Source of the DNA: Octopus sinensis
Taxonomy: Eukaryota
DNA length: 64,000 bases
NCBI RefSeq assembly: GCF_006345805.1
Contig: NC_043009.1
Span: forward strand, 32,612,001 to 32,676,000
Direction: 5' to 3'
Part shown: one piece after another, positions 15,142-26,299 of the stretch
Numbering within the stretch: position 1 is the stretch's first letter
Layout of the letters: each line of letters starts with the position of its first letter
Position numbers and translations under genes: made by a program
Notes under the pieces: model-generated
The model's input: only the letters and a program-made list of their open reading frames with translations
Told to the model about the DNA's origin: nothing
Databases searched by the model: none

Positions 15142-15559
15142 GTGTATGTGTGTTTTTTGCAAAAACATATATTTGTAGAAAACCAGCAACTAGTATTGCG
15201 TCAGTAAAACTTTTTTTATATGAAATCATTTTTATGTGCAAACATAATTTGCATTTTCAATTTCATCTGCATACATGTCTACACACCATATACGCATATT
15301 CATACACACGCACACAAACATTTCCGTACATATGTACATACACACACACTCATCACGCACACTCACACACTCACACACACACACACACACACACACGTAT
15401 ACAGGTATACCTCCTATTTTAAAAAGTAAAAGACGTTTGATTCAAATATAGACTTAGCGCATTTTCAACCATTTCAACTGATCGTCATGCACAGACAAAC
15501 ACACTCTCACACATACATACACAAGTACGAATAAATATTTGTGCGAGAATATGTATATA

Positions 15560-15633
<74 letters not shown>

Positions 15634-16337
15634 TTATATATATACTTACATTAAATATTTTATTTTACGATACATTTACACAGCCTATCTTAAAACAAGT
15701 GGCTAGCATTCTAAACTCTCATTAATTTACCCACAATGTTTGTTTACCGAAATGCTGGCGAGTTCTTTGATGTAATTTGCTTTTATAAGCCACCGTCTTC
15801 TATCTATATGGATATCTATATAGGAATAAACACCCCACTCCACAAAAAGTACATTTCAGAAAATAAAATCGCTTCCCTTATCCAATGTAACACGAAGAAA
15901 TAAAATACATTTACGTCAATATATAGCCTACTAGAAAAATGGCAGATATGTAGGACAGATCTAGACGCTAAGTTTAGTAGTTGCGTCCTCGGATACTGAA
16001 ATATGTATTGTCTATATTATAATTGTTAGCTCAGTTTTCTATCAGTAATAAAATATCTTAATTCAATTAGTCATTTTTTCATCTAATTACGGTTTTTATT
16101 TCATAATTATGTTTACCTATTGTATTCACAAATAAATAATTAACTATCTACTTTCCTTGATGGTTTTATTTATTTATCTCTCATACAAATATCTATCTTT
16201 CACGTTATACGTATATATGTATATATGTATATATACATATATATATGGGGGGCCGTGCCTGTGTGTGTATCTATGTATGTACATATGCATACGTTTGTAT
16301 ACTATATATAATACAGAAATACAGATATACATGTATG

Positions 16338-16371
<34 letters not shown>

Positions 16372-16611
16372 TAATCACATAAATATACATGTATATACAT
16401 ATGTGTGTGTGTGTGTGTGTGTGTACATATATCGTTGCATTTCGTTTTGTTATTCATTGCATTCATTTATAATTTTCATTTCCTAACGTATTCAATAATT
16501 AGAATCAATAAAATTATGACGATAACAATATCAGAACTGTTCTATATTTCTCATCATATTGTTAAAGAATCCTCGTATGGACGTTTGTCAAAAAAACATG
16601 ACATTCTTCTG

Positions 16612-16654
<43 letters not shown>

Positions 16655-17769
16655 ATATATTATATATATATATATATACGTTTGTTATTTTTCACTTATT
16701 TCCATGTTTGGAAATGTTCATCGTAAAGGATGCTAAATATGCAAATTTTGCTAAAATTTGTTATTTTCATTATTAAGCTCTGTATGTTTTATAACATGTT
16801 CTGCAGAATTTTATTTCGATAATTCTTTTTCTTTACTTAGAAATTACAGTTTCTTCTAAATGAAAGAATACAGAATCTATGGTAGGAAGGCGAGGAAATA
16901 ATAACGAAAAAATACGATCTTTTGTTTGCTTTTAACTTAAGTGTTATATTAGACATGAAAAAATGCGTGAGCGAATTTATATATACATATATATATGAAT
17001 TGATGTATATATAAATTTATACACATACACACACACACACACGTACATATGTGTATGTATATATATTTGTATATAGGTATGCATGGATGCATATATGCAT
17101 GTACACTTATGTGTAGGTATATATGAATATTTCCAAGTATATGTGTGCAGGGTCATGTTGTGCAACGTGATAGGAAGTGAGAGATTGACTGGGGGGACAA
17201 ACATACTTGAAAAGACAAGACAGAAATCATTGTTTGTGAAGGAAATGATATTGCCTATCCTACCGAACGTTTCCATGAATTCCATTTCAGAAGTTTCTAC
17301 TTGAACAGTTTGGCATAAAAACGCCCACATATATTACAACTGAACATGGATTAAGATTTTGAACTAAATTTATATAAGTGTCACGCCAGTATTCTATATG
17401 GCCAAATGTATATTTCTCTTTTTGACCCCGAAATTCCATACACTGTCACTGATATGTAAGCTGCAGCGCAGCAACCTTCATTAAAACACAGATCTGTTAA
17501 ATGGAAAACATGAAATAGAAAAGAAAACATGAAACAGAAGACATGACACTATAAACATAGAACTGTGTCTTTTTATCCTCCGTTTGGCTAAATGAAATTA
17601 AACGAGAAAAAATGCATTGGTTTAAATCAATGATTTTAAACCATAAGAGAAAACCTGGCAGTAGAATATATAAAATAGAACACAAATGGCAACATTGATA
17701 CAAACCATGATGAGCCACGAAGAAATCCCTTCTCTGCTTAGACAACCTACTAGACACAGCAGTCAAGTA

Positions 17770-17830
17770 CCCAGAGGATAGTGACATTTTTACCTTCAAT
17801 GACTGGCTCAGTAAGCAGCAGTGCTGATAT
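17770..17830 (-). mobile_element. Small R4/Dong LINE fragment just upstream of the RLE domain
   Basis: Translates YQH...EPVIEGKNVTILW, matching the W(Y)xHxPxxVxExxxxxILWDF motif that follows the CCHC knuckle in R4/Dong ORFs. Confidence 0.5.
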
Positions 17831-18363
17831 AAGCAATAGGATCACATGCGGTCGTATTGTGTAGGGAATACAATCGCACACGGTCCCATTCTTAATGAAA
17901 TATTACAAGCCATAAATACATGCAGTAACAATAGAACATAGTGGATTGACAACAAGTGTTCTGCTTCAGATATAAACATTATTTATTTTACAATCGTGTT
18001 CATGTTGGGAGTTGTAAACGTTAGCACGTATGTGCGCATGCAACACTTGTTTGTGTCAGTGTGTTCGTGTGTGTGTCAGAGCAATCAGGGGAATGTGGTT
18101 GACATAGAAAAGTACCTGATTATGGAGGCGGCGAAGATAGTAGGCTTTCTGTGTTGAGTGTACATTAGCGTCGTAGCTAGTTAAGCAGGAACAATCGTAT
18201 ATCATTTGGTTGAGCAGCGCTGTCTCTGAAGCCAGTTCTTACAAGAACTAAAACTAAAGACAGGTAATTGATTTACTGTTTATGAGGTACACGAAGTGTA
18301 AGAGTTCAATATCAAGATGTTGTGTCTCGGAGCTGAGATTAGTTGTATCACTTTTGTTTTTCT

Positions 18364-18742
18364 TTCTCTTGATATGGATATTCTTTCAGATATATTTACT
18401 GTAGCCGTTTTCCCGTGGTGAGATTTTCACCTAACCGCTTGAGTTGAATCTGTAGATATCTTGTGTACAAGTTAAATCTTCGTAGATAGAGACGATGTTG
18501 GCGATGACGTCGTGTCTGTCGCTTGGTTTTTGCAGCGTCTTCATTATATGTTCTGCTTGGTTATTTTTCTCTTGATATAGATATTCTGCAACTGTGTTTC
18601 CGTGGTGAGATTTTCACACTAACAGTATGAGTTGAATCTGTAGCTATCTTATGTACAAGCTAAATCTTCGTAAGTAGAGACGATGTTGGCGATGCCGTTA
18701 TGCCTGGTTTCTATAGCGTCTTGATATTATGTATTGCTTGGT
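18364..18742. repeat. Diverged tandem duplication, about 203-bp unit x2
   Basis: Units start TTCTCTTGATAT at 18364 and 18567 and share CCGTGGTGAGATTTTCAC, GAGTTGAATCTGTAG and AGAGACGATGTTGGCGATG. Confidence 0.9.
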
Positions 18743-18932
18743 GGTCGCCTGCCTTTCGGACTGGAACATGGTGGAGTATGCTCTGTGTGGTCAGAGGTTT
18801 AGTCCTCACAAGGACTAGAAACCAAAGACGAAAGGTGTCTGAAAACACTCCTTTATATATCGTTTGGGGTGGCTCAAACGAACTTCAGAAATGGAATCTT
18901 ACCAAAGGCCGCGATTGGTTGGCTTGGAACAA

Positions 18933-19064
18933 TGGCGCGAAATATGTAGAGACAAACCGCGTCACATGTCAACAGGTGGCGCGAACTATGTAGAGACCAC
19001 TCGCGTCACGTGTCAACCAGTGGCGCGAACTACGTAGAAACCACTCGTGTCACATGTCAACCAA
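18933..19064. repeat. 44-bp tandem repeat x3 with E2F-like and E-box motifs
   Basis: TGGCGCGAA starts at 18933, 18977 and 19021; each unit also has GTCAC(A/G)TGTCAAC. Confidence 0.9.
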
Positions 19065-19169
19065 TCAGGTTAGTGTTTACAACAACGTTAAACTAACCAA
19101 AGATGTTTGTAATCTCAAACGAGATCATTCTTAATACTTCTCTCAAACAGTGAAGATAGCAATGAGGAA

Positions 19170-20190
19170 AACAATATTGCTACACTAATTTTGTAGTGTT
19201 TACATATTTTCAAGTGTCAATATTGTCCTGCTGTATTGTGGCGATTTTTGTATTTTGTATTCATCAGAACCGGACATCCCGAGAGACGAGATGGTCTATT
19301 ATTTCATCAAATGTGTCGCAGAATCTGCATTTAAGGTCAGAGCAGCTTTGAAGAACGTTAGCCTCGTAGTTTTCTTTTTTTTCGGAGCAATCTTTTTTTT
19401 TTGTACCACCAATATGAAACCTTCAATCTCTGCTTTCAGTAATGAACTTCTCAGCCACTGACGGGGTGTTGCTCTATCTTCATCAGCATTTCGACTTCAA
19501 ATTATATACTGTCCCCGCAGAGGCTTCTGGCTCCACCGATCCCCAATTTGTTTCTGCCTGTTCGTTTTTGCAGTCTGCTTGATCTATTTTGTTCGTTTTG
19601 TGGCAGTGGTTTCAGGTTCTTCAAATATTTCAGGACTTATGACAAGTTCCCTTGCGATTTGGCAAGCTTCTTTGACAAGAGAGTTTGACTTTTTGCTGAA
19701 ATGCACCGTATACTGTCAACATTTTTCTTGTCTTTGTATCTATTTTTATTACTTCTCTCTTTTGCTATGCTATTTTATAACTCCAGCTCCATACCAAAGT
19801 GATCCTATCGCCCACGTATTAACCACTTGTATTTTATCCCATCCCGTCCAATTTTCAGCGCAACACCAACCTCAGTCTTTGGAAATATTCCATCCTCACC
19901 TGCTCATTCATTTCCTTCTCCATTATCTCGTTGAAATTTAGTACACCAATGTATCTGTAACCTCCCATTTTAATTTAATTAATCAATTCTCTATTAGGTA
20001 ATTCTGTCCGTGCTAGGGACTGTACCTTGTCTCTTTTCAGATAGATTATTCCACAATTCTGAGTCGGAATTCCATTCTAATATCAGCACGTTTTCGCCAA
20101 GGAACTCAGTCGTACTTCATCCTTGCCATACAGTTTCAAATCATCCACGAATAGGTGGTGGTTGATTATTTCGGATTTTCCCTTTAGACT
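19170..20190 (-). pseudogene. R4/Dong-clade non-LTR retrotransposon, decayed RT domain 5 to CCHC knuckle
   Basis: Manual minus-strand translation (with frameshifts): INHHLFVDDLKLYGK, GYRYIGVL, EYFQRLRLVL, QKPLRGQY, WLRSSLLKAEIEGFI, KCRFCDTFDEIIDHLVSGCPVL...RHN, LKICKHYKI. Confidence 0.85.
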
Positions 20191-20510
20191 ATCGCAAAGT
20201 TTATGATATGATTCCCCATTCGTAGATCATCGAGGGCTTAGATCTGTTTGAAATTGCGAGGAATGTAACGTGTTTCCTTAACAGAAATATAGTGGAGTGG
20301 AAAACTGAACTGACATACTACAGAAAAAACTTGAGCAACCTGGGTATCAGAAGAGGGGTTTTCCAAGGTGATAGCTCATCTCCGTTGCTTTTTCTTCTCT
20401 GCATAATACTCCTGACCTTGGTACTTAAGAAAATGAACCTTGGATACCAACTGAAGTGAAAATCCCAAACAATCAACGACCTCCTTTTCAATGGTGATTT
20501 GAAATTATTA
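20187..20510 (+). pseudogene. Inverted R4/Dong RT segment (domains ~3-5)
   Basis: DYRKVYDMIPHS*IIEGLDLF...IRRGVFQGDSSSPLLFLLCII...GYQLK*KSQTINDLLFNGDLKL, the typical R4 RT QGDSLSPLLF and NHLLFMDDLKLY motifs. Confidence 0.85.
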
Positions 20511-20800
20511 TATTATTGGTTCTCTTTATCACAGGTTTTGTTGCAGCTCCCGGAGTCTTGCATGCATCGCGGGATTTCTACTTGCGGCCCATGGTACCAT
20601 GCTATCCGTTCTTATCAGCTTTCTAATATTTTCCTGATTATTCTTGCCGTGCCAAGGAGACAGACCGTTTGTTACAATTCTATAGGGCACTCTATTCCAA
20701 TTTCCTCTATATTCTCCTTGATGCGTTTTGATACTGTACCAAATCCTCGCAATCTCAAATTTAAGGGTATTGAATTTGTTTTTCAACTCTTCACCATCTT
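20505..20800 (-). mobile_element. 5'-truncated R4/Dong 3' end with 3' UTR and short TAA tail
   Basis: KNKFNTLKFEIARIW ... ENIEEIGIECPIEL*QTVCLLGTARIIRKILES* (stop at 20615-20617), then UTR ending AACCTGTGATAAAGAGA and AATAATATAATAAT. Confidence 0.8.
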
Positions 20801-21260
20801 AAAATTTGAAAAGATCCATTACTACTACTACAACCACTACCACCACCACAACTACTACTACTACTCTGAATATTAATAATAATATGAATGTGAATATTAC
20901 CGTTGTGGTAGTAGTGGTGTCTTAATCAGAAGTAATTAACTGAAGGTAATTTATTTATTTACTTATTTTCTCTCCGTTCTTAAATTACCTTTTCAGAAAA
21001 CATTGTAGCACTTTTATTTTATTTTATTTTTTCTTAATTTTGTTTTTCCAATTAAGTGTCAACTTCAATAGCTTACGTTAGATAATCATATTAATAAGAA
21101 AAGATACCGGCAACGTCTACTAATATTTCTGGGATTTTTGTTTTTTTTTATATTTTCGTTGCTGGTATTCAAGTTTATATTTCTTTTATTTTATTTGTTT
21201 ATCATAAACAATAAAATATTATATTGAAGAAAAGAAATTACACAATCGAAGTTTACCGAA

Positions 21261-21307
<47 letters not shown>

Positions 21308-21339
21308 AAGGGAGATGGGGGGAGAGAAGGAGAAAGGTA

Positions 21340-21877
21340 TAAAAATGTACAAGGGAAAATATATCAACCAAACTTACGTGTGGGAATTGGGATTTTAACA
21401 AAAGTAGAGACGCCTACGACAAAAGAGCTATGAACACAGGGGACAGTGATAGAGAGAGAGGGGGGAACAGAGGGAGAGAGAGAGAAAAAAAGGAATCTAT
21501 GATTTACTAATATGTTTGTAACTTATGAATTCATCTACTTTTATCATTAAACCGTAGAAAATGAATAAGAGCATAACTTTGAAATTTGATATTCATCCGA
21601 ATGTCTTTGCTTTCGACGTCATTTTAATCTATTATTACCATTATTAGAAATGATTAGCAATTACTCTTACTACTACCACCAGCAGTATTATTTACACTAT
21701 TATGACTACTCTCACTAACAACATTACAACCTATATCATAAGCCCCATAAACATCAACGTTATTATTTTCATTATCATCATTTTCAACGCTTTCATCACC
21801 GCCTTTATCACACCATTGTTATCGCTATTGGGACCACCTCAGTTATCATCATCATTATCATCACCATTATGAATGCA

Positions 21878-21919
<42 letters not shown>

Positions 21920-22160
21920 ACTACTACTACTACTACTACTGCTACTATTATTATTATGTACAAGAGAAAATATAGCAACCAAACTTACGTGTGGGAATTG
22001 GGATTTTACAAAAGTAGAGATGCCCACGACAAAAGAGCTATGAATACAGAGGACAGTGAGGGGGAGGGGGGCAGAGGGTGAGAGAGGGAGAGGGAGAGAG
22101 AGGAAGAGGGAGATGGAGAGAAAGAAAGAAAACTATGGCTTACTAATATGGTGGTAACTT
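21340..22160. repeat. Direct repeat (~180 bp, ~620-bp spacing) preceding the Penelope remnant
   Basis: TACAAG(G/A)GAAAATATA...CAACCAAACTTACGTGTGGGAATTGGGATTTT...ACGACAAAAGAGCTATGAA at ~21348 and ~21959; both are followed by a purine tract and CTATG..TTACTAATATG. Confidence 0.85.
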
Positions 22161-22225
22161 TTGTTAAAGTCCCAATTCTCACATGTAATACCAACACGCC
22201 GAACGCATAGAAAACCCAGCAACAC

Positions 22226-22693
22226 ATGCTTCCTTAAAATACCCCATTTTAGGGAGAGGATAAATACATCCATCCGAAGAGCCATAAGAAGAGACATACG
22301 ACTAACCCACTCCGTCCCCTCTCTGAGAGGACACCTCACTAAGAAACGAACAGGGGACAACAATCAATGTACACTAACAGTCACATCCGTAACACAGATT
22401 TATGTCAACGGGTAAATGTTGTGTATAAAATACAATGTAACAAATGCAACAAGTTATATGTGGGTATCACAAGTCCATTACACGTCCACGTGAAAGAACA
22501 CCTGAACACGAGAGCTTCCTCCTTCAGAAAACATCTAGACAGATGCCGGAACACCGACAAAAGCATAACAGTAACAAATGAGGCCAATGAAAGAAATTTG
22601 GGTAATTTAAGAATTAAGGAAGCTATACTCATACACAAACTAGGGCCCCAAATTAACAACAGGCTGGAGGTTGGTAATCAATATATTTTTTAG
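22226..22693 (+). pseudogene. Penelope-like element C-terminus with GIY-YIG endonuclease remnant
   Basis: FLKIPHF...IRLTHSVPSLRGHL linker, then after a frameshift NVVYKIQCNKCNKLYVGIT..L....KEH...LRIKEAILIHKLGPQIN; the catalytic Arg position reads His. Confidence 0.85.
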
Positions 22694-23962
22694 CTACAAG
22701 TGGATGCGTATAGGTTCATTTTTGATAATATGCTCATCTTTAGTTTATAACATAAGAAAGAAGAGAAGAGAATAAGCTGTTAAAAGATTTACATTCATTT
22801 ATAAAATCAAATGTTTTCTCTATCAAATTTCTTATAATATTTTTCCTGTTATTTATTATTTTAGGTTTCCTTATCATACTATTTAATCGTGCAAATTATT
22901 TTTAGTTCTTTCTTGTTTCTTTGTACCTTTTCTGTTCTACATATATATTCTTGTTGCGTTAGATATAAATTCAGACAGAAATTGTAGTTACAATTAGAAA
23001 CATGGCGAAATTGCAATATTAGCTTTATTTTTCAGCTGCAGCATATACTAAACTCACAAGATTCTATAACATTGTAAGAGCGGGCTGTGAAATCTTGCCA
23101 GGATAAAGACCGTGGTAAATAGATAGATATTACTTTTATTAAGGGTATTCCATGATGGTTATGACTACCTGTCTAGTAATCCAGCACTGTAAAGAGAAAA
23201 AAAAATTTGAAAAATTTTCTTTCGGTTTCTCGAAGCCAGAATGATAGATGATGCCGGGAGGAATAATTCAAAACTACAAAACCAACAATAAAAGAAAGAG
23301 CAGCAGCATCAAAAGCTATAAGCAAGAAACTGGAACACATGAAACAAAGGGAGAAGTAGAGTTAAGAGAAATATATTAGAGAACGCTTTGGTTCATGAAT
23401 TTCATATCAGAGTTCAGATGTGCAGAAACAGTTGGCACGACAATGACAAAAAAGAAAAAAAGAATAAGAAAAAGACATGTGTCTGCACTTCCACGTCAGA
23501 GAAAAGAAACCAAAGTAACAGTCAGCAACGTTGTTTAAGCAGGAATCATACTAACCTGGAAAATATGTTGGTAAAGAAATAAACAGTTTCATTAAAATAA
23601 ACCCAGATTTTGTAAATTTCTTTTCCACGAGAAACGCAAAGGAAGAACATTTACTAGAATACAGAAAGGTTTTAACGATTCAGAAGTCCGTTTAGTTGTA
23701 AACGCGGGCGACATGATGTTTATGTAAAGCACTTGGATTTATAAAGTAAATATCTGTAAAGTACTGACGCTTATTATGGTCGCTGGACTATGTACCTGTA
23801 TAATATCACCTTCATATTAATCCGACGGTTGTGAACTTTGAAACATGATCAAAAATATTAACAGAAGGAAACAGACTTATGAAGGGCCATAAATTTATGC
23901 AACAAAATAGAAATATTAACTTCTCTCACGTGAATACGTGAACTTTTATGCGTCTTGTTAGT

Positions 23963-23994
<32 letters not shown>

Positions 23995-23997
<3 letters not shown>

Positions 23998-24305
23998 TTG
24001 AGTGAGAGAGCAGTGCATGCCATCAAAGTGACACTGGTAAAATATACGAAGCCTATTATACCATCATGACTACCCGTCTGATAAGGGTACACCAAATACA
24101 TGCATCACAACCATATGTGCGTGACGTGGTTTACTCATATCAAGATAAACAGCTCCTGAACTTGCACATGGGTCCCAGTTAGAATTTTCTTCAGGTTGAA
24201 TAGCCCATCTTTTATACCAAGACAAAACAATGTACGTGATAACACTTCCAATGAGTTAAGATAAGAAGCCATGAGAGCCACTGTCTGGTACAGAACCAGG
24301 GCATT
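23995..24305 (-). mobile_element. Interspersed retroposon-like repeat (deleted copy) with (CTA)n tail
   Basis: Reverse-complement match to 49130-49660 (GACGGGTAGTCATGATGGGTATA, CCAGTGTCACTTTGATGGCAT, CTCTCACTCAAT, GTACATTGTTTTGTCTTGGTATAAAAGAT). Confidence 0.8.
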
Positions 24306-24309
24306 TATT

Positions 24310-24322
24310 ATTTTTGCTGTTG

Positions 24323-24411
<89 letters not shown>

Positions 24412-24686
24412 GTTTTAATTCTTTCGTAACACAGTGTAGCTAAAAATACGCCGGAGTCTTTAGTCATCTGTCAAGTCACAACAAGATAGATAATACTTTC
24501 CATAAGATGTGCGCTGTGCCCAAATGAGGCTGCTTTTTGCAATACATCAATCTTGCATGGGATTTCCAGTTGCCTTAAGGAGTCTTGAGGTTTCAAAAGA
24601 ATTGAGCCCAACGCTCCGATCACCACTGGTATCACTTTTACATTACACTCTCGCATTCCATACAGTCTCGCCATTTCCATTGTTAA

Positions 24687-24688
<2 letters not shown>
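24310..24688 (-). mobile_element. 5'-truncated R4/Dong 3' end inserted in a (TAA)n array
   Basis: EMARLYGMRECNVKVIPVVIGALGSI...LEIPCKIDVLQKAA(LLGTAHIL) is the R4 C-terminal motif; (TAA)n arrays lie on both sides (24327-24411 and 24688-24812). Confidence 0.85.
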
Positions 24689-24749
<61 letters not shown>

Positions 24750-24769
24750 CATTATTATTATTATTATTA

Positions 24770-24813
<44 letters not shown>

Positions 24814-26299
24814 AGTATTATTAATTTGTTCCCCAGTTGCAGACTTACTTCCTAAAAGCAGTGAAAGAGTGTAGAGTATGATTAAACGTTTTCATTGTTG
24901 ATATATAAGGAAGCCATTGCAATAGAGCTGTGTCAATTGCCTTAACTAACTGATTACAACACTGTGCAGCAGTAAATAAACTCTAGTCAAGGAACAACTT
25001 GAAAAGAATATATTTAAATAAATAATAAAAAAAGCCAATCCTTACTGAAAATTATTCGATGCGATACTAAGCAATTTCTTTTGAGTTGATATTTTTTGTT
25101 CGTTCATTATATTTTTATTTCGAAACCTGTGAAAAGTCAGGTGCAAAATGTGACTAAACAATAGAATTTAGAGAGGCTTTGTGAAACTCTATCGCTATCT
25201 CTAAAAGCTAAGTTAAATTATTGATTTTAAAGTGGTAAATGCTACCATTCTACTGTCAGGTGAAATTACTGAGAAACTTACTTTATCAGTTCCGATTAAT
25301 GAAATTACAATACCAGTAATTATACTGTTCCACACACTTTACAATTCTATGTTTTACACATCAATGTCGTTGCAGTTGTTGCTTATATTTATGTTTATTT
25401 ATTCATATATAATTCTTCACTCTACCTATCTACAGAAAATTCCTATGCAAAAATTTACTTAACTTGGCAAGATAATGGTAACTGTTTTCTAAACAACAAA
25501 AACCTCCTGACAAAAGTTTCTGCTTTCTCCTTCTCTTTCATCACACGCGTGTGTATACATGTACATATAAAACTCATCAAGTTATATTCATATAAACATG
25601 CCTATATACATACACACACACACTCGCGGACGCACTCACACAGACACACATTCACAGACAGGTACACATGCACCCAAATATATTCGTGACAGAGACGACA
25701 GTCAGAAAGAGAGAAAGATAATACATAAATAAATAATTAAGTCGATAAGTAGATAGACAGATACATACATACATAATCACATACATAGAAAGAAATATAT
25801 ACGTGTCCACACACACACACATATACATACACATGAATTTACACATACACGTAACACCGGTGTATAGATATTATGCATATGTAAAATCATGCACTCAGAC
25901 AGTGATCTAAAGAGGAGTGATAGATCATGAACATTTTTTAAAGTACAGTGCATTGTTAGACTTATATTCAGACTTACGCTTGAACTAGGTTCCTCTTCTC
26001 GTATTCACCCACTTGACTTCGTAGTATGCCACGGGAACCTCTGGCTAGAATATCCACTAAAGGAAATTCTTTTAAACTACCAAGCGTCTTCTATCAACCT
26101 GCTTTCAAAACATAGTAAAACACATTTAACAGAAATAGAAGCGTAGAATTGATTTTCTTTATCCCAATTCTTTTGCTGTGTCGTTTACAATTCATTACTA
26201 CTGAACTGGAGCCAATCTGTGAATAAGTGTTCCAACCGTGACCATTTTAAGCCATTCTGTGCAATGGATCCTTCTTTATTTATGATCACACAGTGTGTG

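Larger units (their letters stand above)
18010..19084 (-). mobile_element. Solo-LTR-like element (about 1.07 kb)
   Basis: Inverted ends GTTGTAAAC (18011) and GTTTACAACA (to 19084). Minus strand runs 3x44-bp repeats, CCAAT (18914-18918), TATATAAA (18852-18859), then an internal ~200-bp duplication. No ORF and no clean TSD. Confidence 0.5.

Noticed and set aside
18933-19064. Regularly spaced 44-bp repeats as a CRISPR-like array
   Set aside because: Contiguous tandem repeats without unique spacers, no cas genes, eukaryotic context.
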